Origin: Chiloscyllium plagiosum
Lineage: Eukaryota
Assembly: GCF_004010195.1 (NCBI RefSeq)
Contig: NC_057718.1
Coordinates: 80,665,187-80,729,186, forward strand
Direction: 5' to 3'
DNA: 64,000 bases
The notes beneath the pieces were generated by a model. The model was given only the letters and a program-made list of their open reading frames with translations. It did no database searches and had not been told where the DNA came from. Each line of letters begins with the position of its first letter. Position 1 is the stretch's first letter. The position numbers were made by a program, and so were the translations under genes. Below are positions 12,080 through 23,725 of this stretch, piece after piece.

Positions 12080-13143
12080 AGTTTTGATAAGATTTGGAGC
12101 TCAGGTTGAGGTTCTGGATGTAGGTTTGCTCATTGAGCTGGAAGGTACATTTTCAGACGTTTCGTCAGCATAGTAGGTAACATCTTCAGTGAGCATCTGG
12201 ACAAAGTACTGCTGATGATACCTGTTTTCTATTTATATGTTTGGGTTTCTTTGGGTTGGTGATGTCATTTTCGGTTCTTTTTCTCAGAAGGTGGTAAATT
12301 GAGTCCAAGTCAATCTGTTTGTTGATCAGATTCCGGTTGGAATGCCATGCTTATAGGAATTCTCGTGCGTGTCTCTGTTTGGCTTGTCCTAGGATGGATG
12401 TGTTGTCCCAGTCGAAGTGGTGTCCTTCCTCATCCATATGTGAGGATACTAGTGAGAGAGGGTCATGTCGTTTTGTGGCTAGTTGATGTTCATGTATCCT
12501 GGTGGCTAGTTTTCTGCCTGTTTGTACAATGTAGTGTTTGTTACTGCCTTTGCATGGTATTTTGTAAATGACATTAGTTTTGCTCTGTGTAGGGTCTTTC
12601 AAGTTCATTAGCTGATGTTTTAGTGTTTTGGTGGGTTTGTGGGCTACCATGATGCCAAGGGGTCTGAGTAGTCTGGTAGTCATTTCCGAGATGTCTTTGA
12701 TGTAGGGGAGAGTGGCTAGGGTTTCTGGACGTGTTTTGTTGCTTGTTTGGGTTTGTTGCTGAGAAATCTGCAGACTGTGTTCATTGGGTACCCATTCTTT
12801 TTGAATACACTATATAGGTGATTTTCTTCTGCTTTGCATAGTTCCTCTGTGCTGCAGTGTGTGGTGGCTCGTTGGAATAAAGTTTTGATGCAGCTTCATT
12901 TGTGGATGTTGGGGTGATTGGTTCTGTAGTTCAATATTTGGCCAATATGTGTTTTCCTGAAGGTGCTGGTTTGAAGTTCCCCATTGGCTGTTCGCTCTAC
13001 TGCGACATTTAGGAAGGCAGTTTGTTGTTGTTTTCCTCCTCTTTGGTGAATTTTATGCCAGTAAGGGTATTATTGATGGTCTTGAAGATTTCCTCTAATT
13101 TGTTTCGTTCAGTGATGATGAAGGTGTCATCCATGTAGCGGAC
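12080..13143 (-). mobile_element. Penelope-like (Poseidon-type) retroelement: RT C-terminus, GIY-YIG endonuclease and pLTR
   Basis: RYMDDTFII...IKFTKEEENNNKLP (RT) and NVIYKIPCKGSNKHYIVQTGRKLATRIHEHQ (GIY-YIG); frameshifted. Confidence 0.92.
12153..12192 (-). ncRNA. Hammerhead ribozyme motif in the Penelope pLTR
   Basis: Reverse complement TCA-CTGAAGA-TGTTACCTACTATGCTGAC-GAAA-CGTC-TGA; TCA/TGA can form stem I, and stem II is imperfect. Confidence 0.72.
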
Positions 13144-13355
13144 CCTTGCAAGAACAGTATCGTCAAGCTCGTGGACCTTTGCCTTACCACTCACTTCACC
13201 TTCAACAACAAAACTTACAGACAAACTAATGGAACACCCATGGGATCTTTCATATCAAGGTTCGTGGCGGAGACAGTAATGCAGAGACTTGAACAAATAG
13301 CTCTGCCAACCATCCAACCCAAACTTTGGGTCCACTACGTGGATGACCCTTTCGT
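13144..13355 (+). mobile_element. Inverted upstream RT segment of the same Penelope element
   Basis: DLCLTTHFTFNNKTYRQTNGTPMGS...KLWVHYVDD (RT motifs B-C) lies on the opposite strand, abutting the minus-strand part. Confidence 0.88.
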
Positions 13356-13920
13356 ATGTTAACTCCATTCAGTTCTATTTTTGACTTCTCTGATGATTGG
13401 CTATCTTTCCTGACTCTTTGTCTTGAGGATTGTAGAAAGAAATTACTTATTAAATTATTTAGTTATAGCTCTAGATTGATCCAATGTTTCAATAACTTAT
13501 GAAAATCAAGGAAACTAAACCAGCAGAATAAACCTATATGTATTTGTGATGATCAAAATATTTTGTGGTGCTTTGAAAAACTTAAAAGTGAAATGCTAAG
13601 AAAGGTGTTCCAAGTGTGTATAATGACTGCCACAAACTGCACACAAAGGCACTTAGAGTAGAGGCAATGGTCACATGACTCCAACAAGCCATGCCAGTGC
13701 ACTTGGTATCTCTGCATTTCTCCTAACAAAATGCCCTTTTACAAACTAAACCAAAAAAAATTTACATGCCATAGCAAGCTACGCAAGTCACCCAATACAC
13801 AGGTTCACAAGAGAAAAAATATCACTAATCTACAAAACTTTATGTTAATTCCAGTTAGTCCTATTTTTGACAGTCTTGGCAAATGTATCACATCGTCTTT
13901 AAATTATTGCAGGTTTCCTA

Positions 13921-14645
13921 ATGAATTAGAATTAGCTTTATTATCACATGTACTCAATGAGTACAGTGAAAAGTTTCAGTCACCACTTGCAACACCATCT
14001 TCGGTACAAAGGTACCTAGGTACAGATTCTTAAGTGCAAATTCTTAGGAGGAGAAAATACAGAGAAATAAAAGGTCCAGCATTACAGATCATAGGATTAT
14101 ATTAGAAAAATAAAGAAATAAAAAGTTCAAAATAACAGCCCTTCCAACCCAGTCCACAATGACACCTAGCCTCTAGTCTGTGCCGGGTTCCACCTCAAAG
14201 CTGAGAGACCGCTCTGGAATCATCTTGAGGCCAGAAGTCACATTGAGACCATGCCAAGCCACTGGAGACTGTTGCTTTGGGCCACCAAGACACCGCCATG
14301 ATTGGCCAAGAGACCGCCACTCCAGGCCACCAGGAGACCATCGGATCACGCCAGACCAGGAGACCACCACACTTTGCCACTGAGAGACGATCGTGTCATG
14401 TCAGGCCGGGGACCCCCACACTGGACCAAGAGACAACCACTCCAGGCCAGGAGCCTGCCACGCTGAGCCAGGAGACAACCACAGCGAGCAAAGAGATCAC
14501 CAAGCTGGGTCCATGCTGAGGCCAGGAGTTCAGGGATATTTCTGAGAAAAAAGAGGGCAAAAAACAAAAAAGTGGGGAACAAAGAAAAGAAGCAGATGGA
14601 GCAGACAAACTATAGCTGAAGAGTCCTACTCCACTGTCATTTTGG
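13921..14645 (-). mobile_element. Non-coding element with Rex1-like ends and internal GC-rich short repeats
   Basis: Reverse complement starts CCAAAATGACAGTGGAGTAGGAC and ends TTTTCACTGTAC...GTGATAATAAAGCTAATTCTAATTC; CCAGGAGAC(C/A)ACCAC-like units recur at ~14300-14530. Confidence 0.65.
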
Positions 14646-14653
14646 ATATGAAT

Positions 14654-14884
14654 AATGTGGAGGAGCTGATGTTAAGACTGGAGTGTACAAAGTTAAAAAT
14701 CACACAACACCAGGTTATAGTCCAACAGATTTATTTGGAAGCACTAGCTTTCACAGCACTGCTCCTTCATCAGGTAGCAGTTGTCACAACTCTGTCACAG
14801 CTACCTGAGGAAGGAGCAGTGCTCCGAAAGTGCTTCCAAATAAACCTGTTAGACTATAACCTGGTGTTGTGTGATTTTTAACTC
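14654..14884 (-). mobile_element. Fold-back hammerhead-bearing Penelope-derived element (family B) with 10-bp TSD
   Basis: Inverted arms at ~14691-14778 and ~14800-14883; cores at 14745-14773 (-) and 14805-14829 (+); GGATATGAAT at 14644-14653 and 14885-14894. Confidence 0.88.
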
Positions 14885-15663
14885 GGATATGAATGGTAGA
14901 ATTGGATGTTGTTGGTTGCTGGTCTGATATCTGCTTATTCCTGAGGTGGTGTTCAGAGGAATGTAATTCCCTTGGCACATGCTGCTCCTGTGGTAACCGT
15001 TACCATTGATCCATTGCCATCGCTGGAGAATGGTGAACCTCAAGGGACTGATGATTATTCTGTCCTCTCTGTAGGTAGTGTTATCATATCTTCCTGATCA
15101 GCTACCTGCAGTGGAGACACAACTTCTTTCGTGGTATGTAGATGTCTGTGATTATGATGTTGTATCTTGTGCTTCACATTCGCCACAGATGATCAAGTTA
15201 ACAACTGCTGAATACCGGTATCACATTGTCACGTGGACTGGTTCTTATTGAGAGGGTTGAACATTTGCACTCTGACTGGTAATCCAATGCCCAGCTCTCA
15301 CAGTAATTTGGCAGCTTTATCAAAGTACATGTTGGTTCTGTCATTTCACCTTGATTTTGTCACTTAAGTCTGTTACTACTTCTGACATTAGTAGTTTTTG
15401 TTTGCTATTGGAAGAGTAAGTTGGATCTGGCATGACACTAGCCTTTAAATAGACTATTTCCCATGCTTTCAATAGGTATGTTACTTCACTAAAGAATTGA
15501 CTTGTAGAAGTCTGCGCTACATTTGCTAATTTTTTTTTACACTCCCTTTGGTGATCTTCACTACTGCCTGATTTCAATCAGAATAGTGTGGAAATGATGT
15601 ATAGTTTTGAATTTCCCAATCCTTTATGAAATGGCTAAGCTCTTCATTCATGGTATGGGGACC

Positions 15664-16257
15664 GAAATGGCTTAATAAGCCACTGAGTTGTATTCATCGT
15701 TATGAAGTCTCAACAAGGAAATGAAACTTGATGGCCCACCTAGATACATTGGAAAAGACAATGGCAGAAACAATTCTGAAAACCCTGCCCTATCCTCCTT
15801 ATTAACATATGGAGGCTTGTGTCAAAATTGGGAGAACTGACCAGTCAAGCAACAGCCTGATATGGTCATACTCAGAAAATCATACCTTCCATGCAATGTC
15901 CCAGATACCGCCATCTCTATTCCTGGATTGGTCCTGTACCACCAGCAGGACAGACACAGCAGAGATGGCTGCATTGTGGTATACAGTCATTGGGAGTCCT
16001 CAACATTGACTCAATGTTCCATGAAGTCTCATGGCTTCAACTTAAATATAGGTAAGGAAACTTTCGGCTGATTACCATGTACCACCCTCCCTTAGCTGAT
16101 AAATCAGTAGTCCTCCATGCTGAACAGCACTTGGAGGAAGCAATAAGCATGACAAGGGCATAAAATGAACTCTGTTGGGGATTTCAATAGCTCGGCAGCA
16201 GCAATACTGATTGGGCTAGTCAGGTCCTCAATGATGTAGCCGCCAGACTGTTTCTAT
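15664..16257 (+). repeat. 594-bp inverted duplicate of 33583-34176 (LINE 5' UTR/endonuclease segment)
   Basis: Colinear reverse complement of equal length with about 15 substitutions counted by eye; ORFs 15862-16071 (+) and 33769-33978 (-) are near-identical. Confidence 0.92.
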
Positions 16258-16300
16258 TTTTAGCTCTGATCTCCAGCATCTGCAGTCCTCACTTTCTCCT
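16258..16300 (+). mobile_element. 3' terminal fragment of a family A hammerhead element
   Basis: TTTTAGCTCTGATCTCCAGCATCTGCAGTCCTCACTTTCTCCT matches the 3' end of 9928-10057. Confidence 0.85.
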
Positions 16301-17964
16301 GTCTATAAAGGATATTGCTATTCTTTTTGTTGTTGATTACATCTTTGCAAATCATCTTACATATCTCTATATAACTTTTAAAAAATTTATTTTGTCATAA
16401 CTATTTCTTTTTGTTAGAAGTACCGTATATTGGCAACCACATGTGAATATGTTCAGTGACTGATGACCATAGTAATCTAATTGCAAAACTAAATTAAGGT
16501 CTATCAAGTTAGGTTTCATTTTGGGATATGAGCTGTCTGGTATTATCGATTAGGATCATATCAAGATTGTTTGGATTTGTGTATTCCAGGTATGTTTTTT
16601 CACTGCTACCATGCAGATAAACCAATCCGTAGGATTTTTCACTTTCTTGGTTGCTCCTTTCTTTCCCAGCTCCTCGATTTTATCTTTGAAAGTGGACTGT
16701 TGGACAGCGGGAACTCTCTTCAGGAGATTCTGCTGTGGTCTCATACTCTCGTTCACTTCAAGTGAATGTTCACTAGGATGATATTTGAGACCTCTAAAAT
16801 ACCTTTTAGCATCCTAAAGGATGTGTTCAGCAGTCAATGGCTTAGTAGCCAATGAGATGCTACAAATCTCTTCTGGCCTGTTTAGAATTTATTCATCCAA
16901 GCTTTATACTTGCTACAGCTGACGAGTAGATTTTACAAAATGTCTACTCTCTGGAACATCAGATTTTCATAATTCACATTGAACTGAATGCTCAGTTTCA
17001 TTTGTCCTCTTGACAAATATCATTCTATCGTATTGGTTCAACTTCACTTTGGAAGAATTCAATTTTGGATTACTAAAAGTCTTAAATCTCATGATATTGC
17101 ACAAACTATTGATGTCCAACTGACACTTCACATTCACTTGATGCTCTTGTCTGCAGTCCTCATTCTAACAGCCATTAACCAATTATCACCATTAGAACTC
17201 ATAATACCAACCTGTTGTATGCTATAGGATGATAAATCAGACTCATTGACTGATATCTTTCCAGCAGCCACCTTTAGAGCTTTGCTTTGAGTCTTTGTAG
17301 CTAAATACTTGTATACAAAATGATTTTGTTTTTTGCAGTTAGAGCATTTCTCCACCCTGCTGGACATGGTTCCTTTTCTTTTGTATGGTGGTATATACAA
17401 TATATACATCCTGTCCTCTGGCTTTGATCTTCCTGCTTGATTTTCTGCAAATATTTCTTCCTTTTTCCTAGTAGGTGGTTTTCATTCAGCATGGACTGTC
17501 TCTCAGCATAATGAGAAGTCACTCTGTTGTCCTATTAATAAATTGCAGCTGATGAATGGCAATCTCAATCTTTCTACACATATCCATAGCTTTCTACATA
17601 GAAAAGGTCCCCTCACTCTTGGCAGATATGTTCTCACATTATATTTCAGTTGATCTAGTTCATAGGATTCTGCTAGGATGATCAGAGTAGTCACATACCT
17701 CTCAACAGTTCCCTTCTCCCCTTGAGTTCTAATATTAAACAAATATTGATCCTAAGTAACATAGGGTTCAAGGTGTATCTTCAGATTCTCAAAACTTCAA
17801 GAGTCTGGCTTTTATGCTCCTCAGTGAGATCTAGTTTGTAATGCAGCCTGTAGGTCTCTTACCCCAGCACAGAAAGCAGGGTTGCTGCTCAGATTTGCTC
17901 TGTCTTTTTGTTTAATTCTGTAACAGTTTCTTTTCCATTGGTGTTTCTTCCAGTGAAGTAAGTA

Positions 17965-18170
17965 AGTTATCATAGTCCTGCTGGTCCATAGCTACTATCC
18001 CTAGTTAGACAAATGACTGGTAGCGATTTAATTAGAGGTTCACTGTGCCTCAGGTGAAGGAAGAAGTTGAGAAAGCGAGTCCTTCATGTTAACCTCAGCC
18101 AATGCAGGAATACAGTTGGTGTCACTCTGAATTACAAACAGCCTTCCAGCCAACTGAGCTATACTAATCC
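17965..18170 (-). mobile_element. tRNA-derived SINE (second family)
   Basis: Reverse complement starts GGGGATTAGTATAGCTCAGTTGGCTGGAAGGCTG; similar to 23094-23320. Confidence 0.72.
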
Positions 18171-18182
18171 CCATTTTCATTC

Positions 18183-18411
18183 AAAAACAGAAATTGTTGG
18201 AGAAACTCTGGTTTAACAGCATTTGTGGACAAAAGTCAAAGTTAATATTTTGAGTCCAGTGATCCTTTTCGGAAACATTCTGAAGAATGGTCACTGGACT
18301 CAATGTTAAATCTTTCTTTCCAAATATACTGCCAGACCTGATGAGTTTCTCTGCCAATTTCTGTTTTGATTTCAGATTTACAGCATCCACAGTTCTTTGT
18401 TATATTTCCTG
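18183..18411 (+). mobile_element. Older fold-back Penelope-derived element with decayed hammerhead cores
   Basis: Imperfect inverted arms centred near 18275; CTGAAGAATGGTCACTGGACTC at 18280; ATTTTCATTC at 18173-18182 and 18412-18421. Confidence 0.7.
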
Positions 18412-19374
18412 ATTTTCATTCTTTAAGTAGCCAGCTGTTATAAAACTTTGAAAATCCATGCAATTTCAGCTCACTATTTCTCACATTGCATTTCAAGTGA
18501 TGTGCAATAACGGTCTGGGACTGCACTCAAACTTACAGCAAAGATTGAGGCCACATGACAATGGGAAGCCAGCCAGTACACTGAGTACAATTGTATTTTT
18601 CCAAAGAACAAGAGCTTTTATAGCTTTTTGACAAACCTTTTTTAGTCATAGAGTTAGCAGCTGAAGAAAGAACTTATGTAATTGTTATGTAAGCTGACAA
18701 AATCAAATTCTTTTGTTTAGAAATGGCACAGAAATGCATTGTGCAGCTTTAGCAGATATAAAATGGGCACCTAAGAATCCAACATCGCAAGCACCATTTA
18801 CCACTAAAAGAGCATCTATATTAACGTCTGCTCAATAGGCATCCAAGATGGGCACCTGAAACTTATTAAATTAGGTTTATTGTACATATCAATCAATGGC
18901 TGAAATGCTTTTTCCAGACTGATTGGCAAATGACAACAACTTACAGTATCCTTTTCCTCCTTCACCCACAAAACAAACAGTACTGAACATGTTACTCTGC
19001 CACAGTAATCTGCCACCCAATACAAGTGCCCAGTAGCTCCATAGTCCTATTAATGCCATGTCCAAGCTTGGACACTCTTGGACTAGCAATTTTTTAAAGG
19101 CGAAGATAATTTGTAAACTGGACTTTCGGTAAGTCTGGGTATTTCTGCAGACTGGGAGACAGGCCCCAGCAGAGAGGGTGAGGGAGGTGGAGGCCAGGCT
19201 TGAGAGGCCAGGGGTTTGAGTTAACATGGGTGATCCATCAATCTGCAGAGTGGTGCTGTCCAAAGGCAGCCCATAACTTTTTTTCAAACACCAACACTCC
19301 CAGTGAAGCCTGCAGGCTACCCATTTGGTGTGGAGTTCCTCTAGCCACCAATAAAATAGCAGCGAGGGCAAGTA

Positions 19375-21330
19375 TTTAGATTTTGATTTGATTTATTATT
19401 GTCACGTGTATCGAGATACAATGACAAGTATTGTATTGCATGCTAATGTCACTAATCATACCTACATATGTACATCAGGGTAATTGTTTAGAATATAGAA
19501 TATAATGTTACAGCTACAGAGAAGTTGCAGAGAAAGATCAGCTCTAAAATATGACAGGTCTGTTTATTAGTCTGATAACAGCAGGCAAGTAGCTGTTCTT
19601 AAATCTGTTAGTATGTGTTTTCAAACTTTTATAGCTTCTGCCTGATGGAAGAGGGTGGAATAAAGTAAAACCTGGGTGAGAGAGGTCTTTGATTGTGTTT
19701 ACTGCTTTCCCGAGGCAGCAGGAAGTGTAGGTGGGGTCAATAGAAGGAAGGCTGATTTTCATGATGGACTGGGCTGTGTTCCCCATTCTTGTGGTCTTGG
19801 GCAGAGCAAGCTTGTATCTGTCTTTCTATGGTGCATGTATAAAAATTGATGAGTCATTGTGGACATGCTGAATTTTCTTAGCCTTCTGAAGAAGTAGAGG
19901 CTTTGATGTGTTTTCTTGACGAGTATTGGCATAGATGTATCAGGATAGATCTTTGATGATATTTACTCCTCGGAACTTTGAGCTCCCTATCACCTCCACC
20001 TCAACACCACTGGTACAGACAGGGGCATAGTTTTAGAGACATACAGCATGGAAACAGACACTTCAGTCCAACTTGTCCATGCCAACAAAGTATCCTAAAT
20101 TAATCTAATCCCATTTGCTAGCATTTTGCCCATATACCTTTAAATCCTTCCTATTCAGATACCCATCCAGATGCCTTTTAAATGTGGCAATTGTACGAGC
20201 CTCCACTACTTCCTCTGGCAGCTCATTCCATACACACACCAATTTCTGTGTGACAAAGTGACCTCTTTGGTCCCTTTTAAATCTTTCCCCTCTCATCTTA
20301 AACCTATGCCCTCTAATGGTCAGGAATGACACACCAATTGTTGCAGGAGCACAATGGGAAATGAGGGTATCAAATTAGGAGATGTGATCAAACCAATCAT
20401 TGAGCCAGCAAAACGAGTTGGAGAACTTCAGATTCACTCTTTTCCAACGCAGTTGATGACCAATTCCTTCATTGTGCTGGCATTGAGGGAGAGAATGTAA
20501 TGTTTACACTATGCCACTAAGCTGTCTATTTCCCTCCTGTACTGTATATTTGTTTGAGATCTGCGCCACTGTGATGGTGTCATCAGCAAGTTTGAAAATG
20601 GAGTTAGAGCTGAATTTGGCTGCACAGTTGTGAGTATCGTAAAGGGCAGAGTACGCAGCCTTTGAGGGCACTGACATTGAGGATTATTGTGGAGGAAGTG
20701 TTATCACCTATCCTTATTGATTGAGGTCTGAGGGTCAGGAAGTTGAGGATCCGGTTGCAGAATGGGGAGCAGAGTCCTCGGTCTCAGAGTTTGGAAATGA
20801 GTTTTGTTGGAATCACGATGTTGAATTCGGAGCTAAAGTCAATAAATAGGTGGTTGACATAGGTGTCCTCACTATCCAAATGTTCCAGAAATGAATATAG
20901 GGCCAGTGAGGTGGCATCTGCTGTGGGCCTTTTGTAACAGGAGATGAGTTGTAATAGATCAAGGCAATCTGGGAGGCTGGAGTTGATGTGTGCCATTACG
21001 AACCGCTTGAAGCATTTCATAATGATGGATGACACAACCACTGAGTGGCAGTCATTAAGGCATGTTGACTGATTTTTCTTTGACACCAGGGTGACAACGA
21101 TCTTCTTGAAGCAGGCAGGAACCTCACATTGTAGTAAAGAGAGGTTAAAGATGTCTGCAAATACTCCCACCAGCTTGTCAGCATAGGATCTGAGTGCAAG
21201 GATGGGGATTCCATCCAGGCCAGGTGATTTCCAAGGGTTCACTCCCAGGAAGGCCGATCTGATGCTTGTGGTGGTGACTTCTGTTTAAAAAAAGCATAGA
21301 ATGCATTGAGATCGTCGGGAGGGATGCATT
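19375..21330 (-). mobile_element. Decayed Rex1/Babar LINE (RT and 3' end)
   Basis: NPWKSPGLDGIP...DIFNLSLLQCEVPACFKK...MKCFKR...FIDFSSEFNIVIP and HPLPSGRSYKSLKTHTNRFKNSY; GTGACAATAATAAATC tail. Confidence 0.9.
20030..20320 (-). mobile_element. CR1 3' end inserted in the Rex1
   Basis: RGHRFKMRGERFK...VWNELPEEVV...FKRHLDGYL. Confidence 0.9.
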
Positions 21331-23093
21331 GTTGACAGCCATATTGTGTAAGCTTTGTCACAGTCAACATGTGTTCCTGTGGTCATTTAAGGTCATTCAA
21401 CAGCCACAGGGGCAAATTGACCAGCCAAAAACTGAACTGCCCAACCCCTCCTCCCAACCCTGTAAATTGCAATATAGATTAAGAGTGGACAGGCCACATG
21501 CTGCAGCTTACAAGCTCCATCACCCTTCCTTAAAGAAGACTGGTATCTCCCATTCATTCAAAAGAAAGGTCACATATACTGGGCTCTTTCCAGAGCAATG
21601 CATGTGATAGGTGATCACTTACAAAAAAATCTTTCAAGTCTTTCACCAATTTTAGGACTTCAAAGTAGGCAACATTTTCGTAAGAATTTGCAAACTTCTC
21701 ATTATCATAATAAACCAACAAAAAAAATTCATAACATCATTTTATACTCTCCCAGCTTAAAGTAAGGAGAATTGAATGGTTTTTATTTATCTGGTTGATA
21801 TTTAATCCACCTTAGAAGTTTATTAGTCTGAAATAAAAATCACATTGTGAAAGCAAATCATATTTTCTTGTAAATACCACCCAGTATTCTAACTTAATTT
21901 CTGTGTATTAGTTTGTTGGAATTTATTTTGTGTACAGTTGGGTTGCATATCATTTTTCCCTTCATTTTTTCAAAGAAACCTGATTGACCAGTGCTTGAAA
22001 GTAAAAGTACTTTGCCAATAGATGTCCTACTGTATTTGTGCTGCAATCTTATTAAAAACAAATCTCTCAAAAACCCTTCCCCCTCCTGTCTTGTCTCTGA
22101 TTTAAACCCTTGCCAGTGTCTGTGACTAAGTTAAAAAAAATGTTCCAGGCTGTGCCTGGTAGGATGGCAGTGGCCTATGTCTGTGTTATGAGAATACTCT
22201 TAAGGCTTTTCTATGAAGAGGGTTCTGTATGCAGGGCTGACTGTTTGGTCTTTGTTTAGTGTCCTTGGCAGAATCTGAAAGAACGAGGACTGCAATGAGC
22301 AGGCCCAGAATGTCACTCAGTGGAAATAATAAACCATTGTCTTCATTAAACAACCCTTGTTTTAGCAAATAGATCCCTGAAATTCAAAAAGAAGTTTGAG
22401 TAGGGGTAGGGGTGCAGGGGTAAGCTTTAAAAAACATCACTGAGAGGAGTCTTTGTTTCATTCTATGGTTACTTACAAAGGAGATTCATATTCAAATAGA
22501 CTGGGTTTGTGAATTGGTTGTTCACACATTCTCATGCGCCCAGGATGGCTATGATTATAGCTAATTACAATGACGAATGAAATTTTAACAGGAGTACTCA
22601 ATCACATTGTTGTTCATGCATGAGCAACTAGGGCAAATCAAAGGAGGTGTGATTTCAACAATTAGAAATAATTCAAGTGTTTGCAGAAAGTTGAGTGGAT
22701 CTGAAAGACAAAATAAGATGCAATTTTTCAGTTCACAACAAATTCACACTGTGTTCTTTTACCCTGATTTTCACAAAAAAATGTTAGATTGGCAGACATG
22801 GGTCACAGGTTTCCCTCCATGTGTATCTTTTGGTTTTCCTGAAGTGTTACAGTTCACGTTGGATGATACATCTTCTCTGCTGTGGTTCAGTTCTGAGACT
22901 GGTCACCACAACCTTCTTAAAGACTACGATGAATTTTCAATAAGTGTTGGCCATGCAATCGATACTCCCATTATGAGTAAGTAAAAGGTTAGTGGGTCTT
23001 TCAGTCCCATTCTACAGATTGATCATCAGATTTAGACTAACACCTGGGTGGTGTATTGAGTGCGAGAATCACAGAATTGATACAACCCATCAT

Positions 23094-23320
23094 GGGGTCA
23101 GTTACCTTAGTTGGGCTGGATGGCTAACTTTCACTGCAGAGTGGTGCCAGCAAGGTGGGTTCAAATCTCTCACTGGCTGAGGTTACTCTGAAGGACTGTC
23201 CTTCTTGACTTCTCCCTTTGCCTGAGGTGTGGTGACTCTGAGGGTTAAAACATTACCAATTGTCTCTTTCTAATGAGACAGCAGTCCTAGGGCCCAGTAG
23301 TAGTAGTTGTACTTTACCAT
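23094..23320 (+). mobile_element. tRNA-derived SINE (second family)
   Basis: GGGGTCAGTTACCTTAGTTGGGCTGG (A-box-like) and GGGTTCAAATC (B box), followed by the family body. Confidence 0.75.
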
Positions 23321-23510
23321 TACAGCCCATCATGTTTAGGCTAGCTCTCAAAATGAGCATCTCACTTAATGTCATACTCCATCTTCTATGTCTTAACCTT
23401 GCATATTGTCCCTTTTCAAATAATCACCTAATTCATTTTTGAATGCCTTATCTGAACCTTCCTCCACCGCAATCTGAATCAATACATTCCAGAATCTAAA
23501 CTACACTATT

Positions 23511-23710
23511 AGAAGTGCTGTCTTTCAAATGAAATGAAACAAAGAATTTATCTGCTGTGCCAATTGGATCTAAGAAATTCATCACGTGGCACTATTACAA
23601 AGAAGAGCAGTGTTGTCCTGTTTTCCTTAGTCAATATTTGTTCCACAAATATCACCTTTAAAGTAGGTTAGATGGTAATTATCTCATTATCTTCTTTGTA
23701 AGATGCTCCA
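23511..23710 (+). mobile_element. DeuSINE (SacSINE1/AmnSINE-like) core domain, decayed
   Basis: GTGCTGTCTTTCAAATGA...TGGCACTATTACAAAGAAGAGCAG...CAATATTT...ATTATCTCATT resembles the Deu-domain consensus as I recall it. Confidence 0.65.
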
Positions 23711-23725
23711 TTCACATTCCCCTTC

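Larger units (their letters stand above)
14900..17950 (-). mobile_element. Decayed Gypsy LTR-retrotransposon internal region (gag, RT, integrase-side remnants), interrupted at 15664-16300
   Basis: QGEKGTVERYVTTL (gag-like), KCSNCKKQNHF (zinc knuckle) and KRVP...KDKIEELGKKG..KKVKNPTDW...VAVKK (start of Gypsy RT). Confidence 0.75.

Noticed and set aside
14173..14608. Cluster of overlapping ORFs and short repeats resembling a CRISPR array or repeat protein
   Set aside because: The units are degenerate and irregular with no unique spacers; they lie inside a GC-rich non-coding retroelement in eukaryotic DNA.
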